DNA from: an uncultured Chthonomonadaceae bacterium
GTDB lineage: Bacteria > Armatimonadota > Chthonomonadetes > Chthonomonadales > Chthonomonadaceae
Length of the DNA stretch: 64,000 nucleotides
NCBI GenBank assembly: GCA_963817895.1
Contig: CAWFQB010000011.1
Span: 288,001-352,000 of the forward strand
Direction of reading: 5' to 3'
Position numbers and translations under genes: made by a program. The notes below the pieces were generated by a model that did no database searches, was not told the DNA's origin, and saw only the letters and a program-made list of their open reading frames with translations. Position 1 is the stretch's first letter; each line of letters begins with the position of its first letter. Positions 52,167 to 64,000 of this stretch are shown piece after piece.

Positions 52167-55100
52167 ATGGCTCGCCCAACCGCACTCCTTGCCTTCCTGG
52201 TGGTGGCACTGGCTCTGCTAGCCTCCGCTGAAGCTCTCGGCCGCAGGAATCTGCTGCAGTCTCCTGCAGGTGCGTTTGGCAATTTATAAAAATGAAATGG
52301 AGTGCAAAACAAGCTTGATCAGTAGTGTCTAGCCCGGAGTCTAGCGTTGTTGTTGTATGCATATCCTCCCGTCCGACAATTGACATGGACAGGCTACAGC
52401 TTGCTACTTCGATTGGCAGTATTGTATCACCTTCAGTCGTGTTACTTACTTATAATTACCTGTAAAAACATTATTCCATGGTTGTCCCTGCGGCGCGTAA
52501 GCCCACTACCTGGAAGCTCAGAAGCCACCCAGCCCAGTGCACTAATCGCGAAACTCAATTCTGCCAGCAGAGAATCAACAACTCGGGTCTTCGCGCGAGA
52601 GAACCGTTGCGGTATTGCAGGCACATCAACATCGCCATCGACATCGCCGCAGCATCGACGTCCCCAAGCCCAGCGGTATGTATTCCAGCGCCACCCACTC
52701 TCCCAATGCCGTCTAACTTCAGCATTAAAACTTCTCACCCCGCTGGGCAACACCTATTGCTGTGTTCCACTCATCCTGAGAGTATCTGAAGCTGCGGAGC
52801 ATGAGTACATGCCAAGGATCGACAACACCTCCTCGATGTCTCTCTGCAGGGCAGTACCTCACCATCCACCTCACCATCAACCTCCCCAGCTGCCGCTGCA
52901 GCTGCCAAGCCACCCTCTCCCTCTCCCGCCGGCGCGTCGCCCCCGGCCGCCGCAGCCGCACAGGTGAGCAAACCAGCGCATCTGTGCGGCTTCACCTTGC
53001 TCTAGTTTTGCGTGCCGTGCTGATGGTCCAGATGCCTATAGGACTTTCTCTGCCGTCTAGAGTGCGTCAGATTGCATCTAAGCAGCAAATGTCTGGCGCT
53101 GCACCCATCAAAGGGGCGCAACTCGTGCCTGCATCCTTAGAAATAAGTATCTCAAGGCTGCCTCCATCTTGCAGTCCTGGCCTGGTGCCTCCTAGCAGAG
53201 GCACTCTAGACACAGACTCCTGAAGAGGCACTCTGTGCACAGCCTCCTGAAGAAGGACTCTGAGACACAGAAGTATGTTAAAGCAGGAACATGACTGATG
53301 CAGGCCGCATCCTCACCGCAGCCGGCCGCCGCCAAGTCCCCCGCAGCCGCCGCCGACCCCCACAGCTGCACGCACAGGCCCCCACAGCTGCAGCGGTGGC
53401 CCCCGCACAGGCGCAGACCCCCGGCTCCGCCCCCGCGCCCGGCCAGCCCGGCAACAGGTGCGCCCCCCTTCCCCCAGACCCTCCACCTGGCATGCCCGTT
53501 ACTCAGCATGCCATGTCATCTATCGGACTGCCGATATTAGAGTAGTTTTATTTGAGAGTTTTGAGAAAGGGCCCAAGGTACAAATTCATCTTTGCGTGGT
53601 GTGGTGGCGTGACAGTTGTACATTAAATATTTAGGTAGGATATTTATATGGTTGCAACGACCTAGTTCCAAGTATTAGTCAAGCATACCGTCTAAGAATA
53701 TTTAGGGTAGTTTGAGCTTATGCTATCTGAGCAACATCAACATAGGCTGGGAAAAACTGATTTTTATCCGAGAATGTGCGCAGCCGTCGTCAACAACAAC
53801 AATAACAACAACAACAACCAAACATACAAAACAGAACAACAATCCCACCTCATCATGACAACAACAACAATACAACAACAACGGCGGCAGCAGCGGGTGG
53901 TGTTCCTGCCCCAGGGTATGCCTCCTGGTTGATTGAAGCACCATGGAAGCGCTTATTTCGTCGTATTGGAGTTGCAGATAGTTCCACTATCAGATAAGGA
54001 GCAAAACATAAACTGTGCAATAATGTAAGCATAACAGATTTGCAGTGACATGAACAGATGACCTTATGGTGTTCTATGCGCAAGCTACAACAAGCAGAGG
54101 TTATCGCTGTGTCAGGCAGTCCAGAAATTGCTTGCTGCGCGGCTTTTGACTGCGATGAAGAAGCACGAATATTTTGCCACAGTTCCGGCACTTCAGAAGC
54201 ACTCTGATTATCTATGCGTGGCTGCATCTGTATGCTTCAGCGGCAAGCTCGCTGAGGCGTGACCACGACTTTGGTTGATGTGCAGGTGCCACATTCCAGC
54301 CGGCCGGGCGCATCGTCTGCAGGACCAGCAATCGGTGGGGGAGCACTGGTGGGCGGCGCATCCGGCGGTGGCGTGTCATCGGGTGGATCTCAGGGTGGAT
54401 CCTCGGGTGGCTCCTCATCCGGCGGCTCCTCCGGCGGCTCCAACAGCTGCCCACCCACCAGGAGTGCGTGTCCTCATAGCCCACTCCAAAGCAATCGTCA
54501 TCCACAAGATTGTCTCCTTGCAAGCTGCCTATAACAAGCACCTTTACTGGAGCCTGAGAGCATAGTACCGAAGCAGCATGGCCTTGTTTGGTTTGCCCAT
54601 GTTGCATGCTTCTTTGCAGTCATAGCAGCTGCCATCCTGTGCTTGTGGATGGTATAGTTATTTGGATGGGGTGGCAAACAACATGCCAGCACTTCTCCAG
54701 CACATACAACAATATGCGAAATGGTTTGGAAAGAGGGGCTGAGGGGTGTGTGTGGGTGTGTGTGCAGCGGCCTGACCGCGACAGAGCAGTTCCTGGCCCA
54801 GGTGTGCAACCCACAGTCTGCCCGCTTCAACGGCCAGAACATCGCTTCCTCGCTGCTGCAGAGCACCAACGGCCAGACTGACAACGCCCTCATCTGCTGC
54901 GTCGCCTGCCTTGACTCCGTGAGTGCCTCTCTTGAACACTTTTTACCTTGTTACGTTGTCTCCTCATATCAGCTTGATGGGATGCTTAGCCTTGGCCTGT
55001 CGAGCTCGTCAAGTCCTCCATTGCAGACACACGGCCGTGTCAATAAATCATACTGGTGAAATGGATAAAGTTGCAATGCAGCTCTCATAGATAGCTAGTC

Positions 55101-55364
55101 CTGTGCACTGGCCATAGCTTCCCTGACAGGTAATCAGTTAGCTGCTGAGAGCATCCAATGATCAACATTGCTGAGGAACTGTGTGCATGACCGCAGTCCA
55201 CATGCAGCGCATGGAACTACCAGGCGGGCGGCCAGAACGCGTACGATGGAACTGCTCCCGGCACATGCCAGCTGGTGAGCGGCACCAAGGGCGGATCTGA
55301 CACACTCGCATCCGGCTCCGGCCAGCCCTTCATCGGCGGCGTCCTCGCGCGCACCAACCCCTGA
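52167..55364 (+). CDS. Secreted Ser/Pro/Ala/Gly/Asn-rich protein with a C-terminal PAN/apple-like Cys domain (multi-exon)
   Basis: Exon 1 reads MARPTALLAFLVVALALLASAEALGRRNLLQSPA. Low-complexity exons follow; the last two exons splice in phase to CCVACLDS|STCSAWNYQ...TCQL...GGVLARTNP*. Confidence 0.65.
53790..53882 (+). repeat. Imperfect (AAC)n microsatellite, probably exonic poly-Asn
   Basis: Seen directly; flanked by a GCAG acceptor and a GTATG donor. Confidence 0.75.
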
Positions 55365-56036
55365 GCACAAGCACTGGCAACCCCCGCGCCTGATCTGGCG
55401 ATGGTGCCGCTCAAACCCCTGAGCATATATCGGCACCCCTGGCACCTGACCTGGCAGTAGTGCAGCCACTCTCCTCAGTGCGCTGTTGTCGATTGACAAT
55501 ATATTGCAGACTGATTGAGTGAAGAAGGGCTCCGTGTTGCTGTGGCTATGCTGAAGCTGAAGAGCTCTGCTGGTGCAGGTGTCAAGTGACAAGGACAACA
55601 TCACGCAATGGATGACATGAACGTCAGCACACTGTCGAGCTTTTGTATGCACGAGAAACAGCATTGCAGCTTCTCCTTAGCATAGTCCTGTCGACCGATC
55701 TTTATAGATAGAAATAAATCCTGGCTTGATGCTGCTAAGTTGCTCTGGTCCAAATAAAAGCTTGTGGGTTCCATGCGCAAAGCTTACAGGTTCGCTTAAA
55801 CTTGCAGAGCTCTAATAAGTACTCAAAGGCCATTTCCTTACTGTTGTGTTGCCATGCCTTCTGTCCCATTCGTGTAGTTTCCAAGCAAGTATTTCACACA
55901 CAATTGGAAGCATCTAATGCATCTGAAAATGACAGCAAGTTAGATTGGGCTAGCACTCTGAACTGCACAAGCAACCATGCATGGTACAGTCTTGAACAGA
56001 ACAGAGACTCTACTCGACTGGCATAGATCACAAGAG

Positions 56037-59000
56037 TCACGGATTGCCTTGTGTCACCGCTTCCGGATCATGGAACTTCAAGATCTGCATGGACACATCA
56101 CATTACAAGTCATGAGTGCGTGTGCATTACGCTTATAGCCCACCTGCTTCGCTTGCAAGCATATGCAGGATCAAAGATGCCTGACAGTGTCTAGTGTAGG
56201 ATTAATAATGTGTCATGCAAAGTGCGTGATGTGATGGTGGTAAATAGATTTGCGCACCTTCCGGTCATAGGTGTAGATGCCGTTGACTTCATCCTCAACA
56301 TCTGCAGTTCTCTGTGTAGATGGCAGCGCTCAGCACCAGCGCTGCTCTTCATGAGTTTCCTCACCTCGCCGAGATGGCTAAGGAATTCAGTCTGCACACC
56401 ACCACACAATCACACACTGCTCATCACTCAACCTCTTTATCAGCACTCTCTGACCAGCGCTTCGAGTTGCAGTGTGCAATTACAAGGACACTGCAGCGAG
56501 TGCACACTCATGCGCTTAGTAATTGTTAAGATGAAGCTTGATAGATCAAGGACATACCTGGTACTGCGTCGTGTTATCCATAAGAGGATAAGCTCCAAAC
56601 ACTTGGTACGCGACGGTACCCAGGTGTGGCCGTCCATGAACATGCCCAAGCCGCCAAACTCACCCGGCGACATTTGCGCGAGTCGAGTCGCTGCCGGAAG
56701 CCACGGGTTCGGGTAGTTGTGATCGTCGCGCAAGTCGCCAACCTGCTCATGCATGAGCATCTCACTGACCCTTCAGACAGCTGACCTACAGGCTTTGACG
56801 CCAACAGTTACAGCGTCATGGATTCTATGGCACCCTCGGTACTCCAGATGAATGTGAGGAAGTGTGACATCCTTGGCTCTCTCAACGGTGACTGTCCTGG
56901 CTTTGGTCAAGGCCAGCACTCAACTCATGTCGATGCAAAGAGGTCATTCCTTTAGGTGACAACAAGCGGAGGCATAGAACTTTTTTGATACACATGCGTG
57001 AATGGGCATTGGGCCTCACATAGCCGATATAGTGGTACATCCAAGGGCCGGGCTTGTTGATGTCTCTCCACCGGGAGGGTAGGCGGTGCGGTCCTGGGGG
57101 TCAATCCACCCGGACGCAGCATCCCACAGCCGGGAAGGGTCGAGCGCCTTTGCTTCCTGCACGAGCCGCTGGGTGTCGAACTGGCCCCAGCCCTCGTTGA
57201 AGACGGTGTAGATGCCGATGGACGGGGTGGACCGGTGTTCCTGCAGGCAACAGAGGCTCTCATGACCCATGCATGTTGCTAGCCAGTGGTTGCATGAGCA
57301 TTTGCACGAATGCTCGTCACCACTGCTTGCTACTGACAAGTTGAGACGCTTGAAATTTCAACCCACTTCTAGATAACAAGTGTCGCTGAACATCTGCCAA
57401 GAGGTATGCCACACAGATCAAGTGCATGGTGCAAGCCTTCGCAGCATGCAATAGTCGAATCCACGCACCTCGACCATGCGCCGCAGCTCTGCCTCAAACT
57501 GGGCCTTCTCCATGGGAGTGCGGTAGCGCTCGCCCTCCATGATATGGCTTCTCCCAGAACATGGCCACCATGTCTTGCCACACAAGCATGCCGAGCCTGC
57601 ACATGTACATTGTTGATCATGCCTCGAACGACGGATCTTGTGCAGACCTCAAGTGAGCTGCTTCCTCCAATAAGATTGCTTGCGAGCCAGTGGGGAGACT
57701 ACCGGTCGGCGTGGTAGTACCAGCGGTCAGGCTCCACCTTGATGTGCTTGCGGATCATGTTCATGCCCATGCCCTTCATGGCCTCGATGTCAAATTTCAG
57801 AGCATTATCGGTGGCTGCTGTGTAGATGCCATCAGGGTGATAGCCCTGAATACACGAAAATTCCATTGTTGTCCAACAGCCATCGAAGATGGGAAGCTTA
57901 TTCCTGCTTGTGGCGGTAAGCTCATCGCTTTATGTTTTTACTTCATGCGTTCATGGAACCTGTTTGGATGCCTCAGACACTTAGCATACCTGATCCAGGG
58001 GTCCAAAACCCAAGAAGGGTTCGTTGTTCAGGAAGATACGCAAGGGGTGATCTTCCCCGGTGCGGACCTTCCCAAGGGAGATCTTTCTCATGCCCGTGTA
58101 GCTCATGACCTCGTCAAGCACATTGTCAGTGCTTTCCTGCAATGCCAACAAGTATTGTAAGTCACAGGTACGTTGGACTACTACAAGTTGTCTGCAGGTG
58201 AGACTGCAGGCATAGGTCAGCATGGAGACATCAGTGGTGAAGCCGCCCTCAATATGCCCCGAAGCCACTCATCAAACAGTGAGCTTGCTTACCTGACTGA
58301 CGAAGGGCTTGGCTTTTCGGCTGGCATCTGCCGTTGGCGGTGTCGCCCCTGGCTGGCTTATTATCCGCACTCGGACATCATAGAGGTACGGATCGTTCGG
58401 TGACCACAGGTGAGGGCTGGGATGGTAACGTTGAATGGACTTGCCATCACGCCCTTCCCCGACGCTACCTGCAAATGTTGCAACAGCAGGTCTACCAGGG
58501 CATACATGTGATGAATGCGAGCATTCAAAGGAGAACACAAGCAAGCCCTGTGCACTTATCAATTCATGCATTGCACCCAAAGGTGTACAAGCTTTTCAAA
58601 GACTCGGATCCTAGTATATGGTAAATGATTCAAAGAAACCAAAAGTAAAGCAGAGTGTATACTATACCTGAGTGCCATTCTTTTGAATGTATACGTCGAC
58701 CTGCACCGGAAGGTTTGCTGTGGAGTTGCTGCCCAGGACAGTGACCTGGACAGCGGAGTTGTCGATGTCTGGGATCAGGTCTACGCGTGTGACGTGCGCA
58801 GCGTTCACCTGCAAACCAAACAGTGGCATCAATTCGATGCAGCATCTTTATTGTTTGTTCCCGGATCAGCAAGACATGCATGCATGCATGCGTGAGACTC
58901 CTGTCAATGCAGGATACATCAAGGGCTCAAGCATTGTACAACGGCAATTACTTATGATCATGGTTGCACTGCATAACACAAGACGTGCTTACCGGCTCAA

Positions 59001-60646
59001 GCCACACAGTCTGCCATATGCCGGTCGTGGCGGAGTAAAAGATGTCGTTCGAGGGGACACTGTGGCGCTGTTTGCCCAGAGGGATGTGGGCAAATCTTGT
59101 CGGGTCATACACCCCAACGATGAGCTCGTGCGTGCCAGCCGACCCCTTGGTCAATGCGTCAGTGATATCATAGCTGAATTTGTCATACCTGCATGTCGCA
59201 GGAAGGGGTCGGAGTTTCAAGTGGAGCAATCGTTGGCCTACTGGTGTTTGAGTTGTAAGCGGCAAAGGTAACCCAATAGACTGTTCCATAGCACAGTTGT
59301 CCGGCATGGTTGCCAAAAGTTAGCCCTTGATGGTCTTTACTCAAAATAACATGTGAGAGATTCAGCAGACTGTAAGAGTTGATATTTATGCTACAAGACT
59401 TAAGTATGAGAAGCATAGTAAACACGGGCTGCGCACCCTCCGCGGTGCATTCCCATGTATTGCCCATTGACCCAGACAGTGGACTCCCAGTCCACGGCGC
59501 CAAAGTGCAAGATGACACGGTCGTCGTTCGCCAGTGCCTTCCATTCCCTTGGGAGCTTGAATGTTCGCCGGTACCACATCCGGAACACGCCTGTCTTGTT
59601 CTCGGGTGACAGCCCTGCGCATGCATCATCCTTTACCGCTAAAGCAACACCATCGGGCAGTCAGGAGTGGGGGGCCTTTCTAGGAAGCCGCACATGTCAG
59701 TGCACAGCAGTAAGTACTTGGAATCTCCATTTCTGATGGAAGTTGTCTTACCTGAGAGGTCGGCCTCAATTGGGTAGGGGACCACAATGGACCCAAGCAG
59801 TGTCCTGTTGGTGGGCACTGGACCGGAGTCCCATGTACTGCACAAATCACAGCAGATTATTTGTTAAAGACTCTGACAGTTGCTTATGAACCACAATGAA
59901 GGCTGCTTAGGACCTTTACACGTCACATCAGCAAGACATGCAGACAGTCAATGATATGAGTAAGAAGATTCAGCTTTTGACTCAGATGCTTCTTCGTAAG
60001 AACAGGGGCTTACTCGGCACGCTCCCACTCCCAGATGCCATTCAGGCTTTGAAAATTGGGGCGCGTCAGTTGAGGCCGGGGATACTTTCGAGCGGGTTGT
60101 TGGGGTCCACCCCACAGCTCCAAGGAGTGGGCAGCTTGAAGGGGCGGCATTCGCCGCTGATGGCCAGTACCGCAGGGTTGCAGTCCTGCAAGAGCTGAAA
60201 TGGTGATGTCATCAGCACAAGCAGCCCGTACTCTCGTGCAGTGCCAGGGGTATGAGCGTCCATTCCAGTGGCTTGGTGGTGGCCACAGTGAACACGAATA
60301 ATGAATGGCAGGGGCAAGCGAGCATAGGAGAAGGAATAATGACTCAGGACCGTGATTTCCGCTTTTATTTCACGGTGAGCAGTTCAGAGAGCCAAGTTGT
60401 TTGCTTCTGATTCCTACATCTGCCGGCTCAAGACGACGGTTCAAGCCTATTATTGGGGCTGCAAACACAATGCCTGCCACTATCATCGATAGGTGACTTA
60501 CGCATTGTGTAGGGTCATCTGGCGAGGGTGCTAGGTGCTGCACCGACAGCAGGCGCAGGTTGAGCCGCCACCACGTAGAAAAGACAGGGCAGCAGCAGCG
60601 GCAGCAGTGCTGCCACACTGGAGCAGCACCGCATGGGCAGAAGCAT
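56037..60646 (-). CDS. Glycoside hydrolase family 2 (bacterial-type, multi-exon, signal peptide)
   Basis: Exons encode YPRPQL..SLNGIWE, WYRRTF, LHFGAVDWESTVWVNG, TGIWQTVWLEP, GPLDQ|GYHPDGIYTA, RKHIKVEP, FNEGWGQ, GEFGG and DVEDEVNGIYTYDRK. Confidence 0.88.
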
Positions 60647-62706
60647 CTATCGCCTGTGCATACAGATCGGAGAGTCTCAGACGCAGAGACGCTTGCTATA
60701 CATCCACCTTTAATTCGGAGATTAGACACTGACGGCAAGTATACCAGTAAGGCTCTACAAATGTAAACCCGGCATGACAATACGTACTAAGGTTTCACGA
60801 CATCAGTCTGAATGTCTTTGTCTTCATTGACTTGCTATTAATGAAGCTGGCTCAGCAAATGTGTTGGCATGGCCGAGCAATGGGTCATACCTTCAGGTGT
60901 AAAGGGGCAGCCGCAGTTTGTCGCAACGTCGGAAGGTAGTATAAGTAGTTGTATATGGTCTAAGCACACCCCTCCACCGGGTGTCCTGCCCGGGAATGTA
61001 CTCTGTACAGAGCTGTCAGAGCATCAAGTAAAACGTGAGGGTGGTAAAGGGTGAACATCTAGATGATCTCCAACCCATGGGGTATCTTGCAGGGGGTGTA
61101 TGATACCCTCAAGGATGCAGTTTATTTATTTTCATGGGCCAGGCACCAATTGTCATCCAGATTCATTACTACGAGACGCAAAACAGCAAATAGTTGACAT
61201 TACTCCTACACTGGAGTCGTCTTGGGTTTCATGAACAATTCTAAATTCCACATCCCTGAGTCAGAACGTCATAAAAGCATAAAGCAACGGCAGTATCCTC
61301 GTTCGCATATGGATTGCGCGTGAGTTCCATAGAATTTGCAACAATGATGTGCATGGAGTTGTGTTTACGATTGTGACCGGTCTGCTTGACTTCCAGTCCA
61401 GGCAGCAAGAAACAAAAGGCCCTGGTTACAGACATCAGCGCACATCATCACAGCACGGATGAGTGCTGGAGTTTTCCTTTGGTTAGACCGGTCAATGGTT
61501 CCCGTCTAACCTGTGTGTGTCTAATAGAGCATATCTGATGCGCAAAACAAAAGCACTGCATTCAAGAAAAGGTGCCCATTGAAGTACAATCTCAAGGGAA
61601 TCAAATCCATTCATGCATGGCGCCTATCTATAATTGAGTGGGTTCAGAAGCACCGGGATGCCAGGTTTCAAGACATCCCTGCCTTCTCAGCAGGTGTAAA
61701 GAAGTTTTGCCCTCAGTGCACACGGCAGCCACGATGCAGAAAGTCTCTTTGAGGGTGAAATTTTCAATTTGAAACCCAGCACTCTCACCATCTCAATCAC
61801 TCTATCTGCTCTTTGGCATTGGATCTCACTTAGAAGGACATCTAGTTACGCCTTCTCATTCCCTTGGCTCTCTATCTCTCTGCATCTCAATGGTGTACAC
61901 GTGCTGCGTGTTACTCCCCTCCATTCCTTGGCACCTCTCAAAACACCAGAGCACAGAGCTCTAACTAGTGATAACATCAAAACAGATGTGGCAGTCTTTT
62001 GTCTTCCTCCGTTCCTTGCTGCATATCCGTTTCACACCTCTCGATACTCCTCACACAACCGCGCTGACCATGCTTTTGCATGGCTCTTGCGTCCAAGAAT
62101 GTCCACTCTCATCCGTTTCAACACTCCAGATGCAGAACTGCAAGGCTGCTGCATTGGCTGTTACGTGGCACTAAGCGCGCCTCTCTTGACCCTCACTGCT
62201 CAGCCACTCTGGTGCTCGAATTTTGATATCGTTGCAAGCAAATAGAACCTGTAAGCAACCTGTAAGCATCCTCTCGTTGCTTTGTTTCCAAGGTGGCTGT
62301 GCTGACAAGGCTTTGGGGCTGATGCAGCTCATGGGTACAGCAGCCTAACAACACTTGATAACAACACCCACACTGCCTGCATCGATCCACCACCATCCGG
62401 GCAGCAGCTGCACACACCTGCTTGCTGGGTTGACACCCGAATACATCCCTTGCAAGCGTAGCTGAAGAAGGTCCCTTGCATCAGGAATGATAGGGGTCCA
62501 GCTTGATTAGGCGAAGCGCCTGTCCTGAACAGGACCTGCCTGAACAGGTCCCCCCCTCCTCACGTCCCAGCCAGATCAGGCACGCTAGGGACTCGGCTTG
62601 ATTGGGCAAAGCGCCCGGCCTGACCAGGACCTGCCCAAACAAATCCCCCTCCCCTCCTCTTGTCCTAGCCAAATCTGGCGATGAGGGTCCCAGCAGAGCG
62701 CCCTGC

Positions 62707-63800
62707 TTAGAGCGCGGCCACATTGCCGCGCTGCATGTGCGGCGGCAACTTGGCCAGGCCATCAACGTGCGGCTGCAGGCCCCTCTCACGCGAGCGCTGC
62801 ACCACCTGTGTCACAACACAATGCCACACATCAGGATGTCATCGTTGCTGGTCACACATGTCTGAGAATCCCTTCAGTCGCGTGTGGTGAAGGCCCAAGT
62901 GTTGAAGTGGCTGCTGCATTTGCGGTATTGCTTCACTTACACATGAGGATGCTTACAATGCACCACACAAGCTATGCTCTGCCTACCGACTTGCCATTAG
63001 ACTATAAGACTTGATTAAAAACCAAAACAGTAAGGATGCTCCGTAACTCCCGTGAGGTGATGACGGGGTGTGCTGACCTGGCGCATGGCTGGCGTGGCGC
63101 GCTGGTAGGCAGCCTCAAACTGGAGGTCAAAGTCGCCCAGCGAGAAGAAGTTGACGCCGCTCTTGGGCGAGCGCACCACCGTTATGCGGCGTTCCCCTGC
63201 GCACACAGGCCAGCCGTCATCAGCAGTGAGTCGTTCCCACAGAAGGCACTAGCATGCCAACGTCTTCTTGCAATTAATTCCAATACCTAGAAGTCCAAGA
63301 GGACAGCTATGCTAGTCCATGGACACAGGGAAGCTTCTCTATCCAGCTAGCACAGCCCAATGCATATTGAAGGGACGTTCAGATGCAGTGGGATATGCAC
63401 ACTGCATCATAGCGTCCCATGAATATGCACACTGAGCCCCCACATGAGCATGGACAACATGCAACCGCATGTGCTGTCCTTTGGTGCAGACGCTGAGGGT
63501 GCTCTCAAACAATGGCACTACCTCGCCCAGGCTTGGCCTCCAAAGTGATGCATATATGCTGGCTTGGTGGAAAGAGAGCTGCAATTATGCCTGTTCAATC
63601 CACAACACAAAACGGCGAGTGCTCACCAGTAGCCTCAACGTCATCGTTGCCGCTGAAGTTGGAGGAGCGCTGGATGAGGTGGATGAGGGCCGGGGGGACC
63701 CCCTTGCCGCGCAGGGAACGCCTCTTGCGCCACGCGCTCAGCCCCGTGCGGTCCACCAGCCCGCCGTCCTTGAAGGGGCCGTCCTCCTGCCCTGCGCCAA
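62707..63800 (-). CDS. Patatin-like phospholipase, 3' exons (5' end outside the window)
   Basis: Exons GPFKDGGLVDRTGL..., ITVVRSPKSGVNFFSLGDF... and a last exon ending in TAA at 62707; only the DGG motif is visible. Confidence 0.45.
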
Positions 63801-64000
63801 ATGAGACCACTCTGCCACGTCATCTAGTGTCCAGTCAACTTCTGCTCACAGCGCTGAGGTGTCGCCTTAACTTACAATATAGGAGATCCCAAGGGCACTA
63901 GCCCGCTTTGATGTCTGAGAGTCAAGCCTGCTATTGCTGCATATGCTCAACAGCAGGCGCAGCTGCAGACATCACAGTGGCTACAGAAGCGAGTTCATGA

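Noticed and set aside
53701..53707. TTTAGGG telomere-like motif
   Set aside because: Single copy within an AT-rich intron.
1..64000. tRNA, rRNA, integrase or phage genes
   Set aside because: None recognised by eye.

Overview
The window has two unrelated halves joined at about 45,300. Positions 1 to ~45,300 are gene-dense, intron-free bacterial DNA, most likely Armatimonadota (inferred from four DUF1559 prepilin-like proteins and a PEP-CTERM protein). This half carries a rex-sirC-hemA-hemX operon, a dTDP-rhamnose/surface-glycan cluster, two GHMP sugar kinases, and an NTPase-HTH / ferritin-like / PEP-CTERM / DUF4331 / TPR / Ni-Co transporter locus. Positions ~45,300 to 64,000 are intron-rich eukaryotic DNA resembling a trebouxiophyte green alga: a MATE transporter, flagellar CFAP45, a secreted Ser/Pro-rich PAN-like protein, a bacterial-type GH2 and a patatin-like gene. 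Genes on both sides of the junction are truncated. Indel frameshifts accumulate from ~24 kb towards the junction and also occur in algal exons, so a chimeric low-coverage long-read assembly is more likely than real integration. The most distinctive unexplained signal is a family of 7-9 nt tandem repeats arranged as inverted pairs at many bacterial gene junctions. The unit changes between loci, and some copies are translated in-frame. Also found: 11-bp-period OmpR/PhoB-type boxes placed identically upstream of two DUF1559 genes, an IS5-type MITE, a REPIN-like palindrome and a candidate Rex operator. All family calls come from motif recognition by eye; no searches were run.
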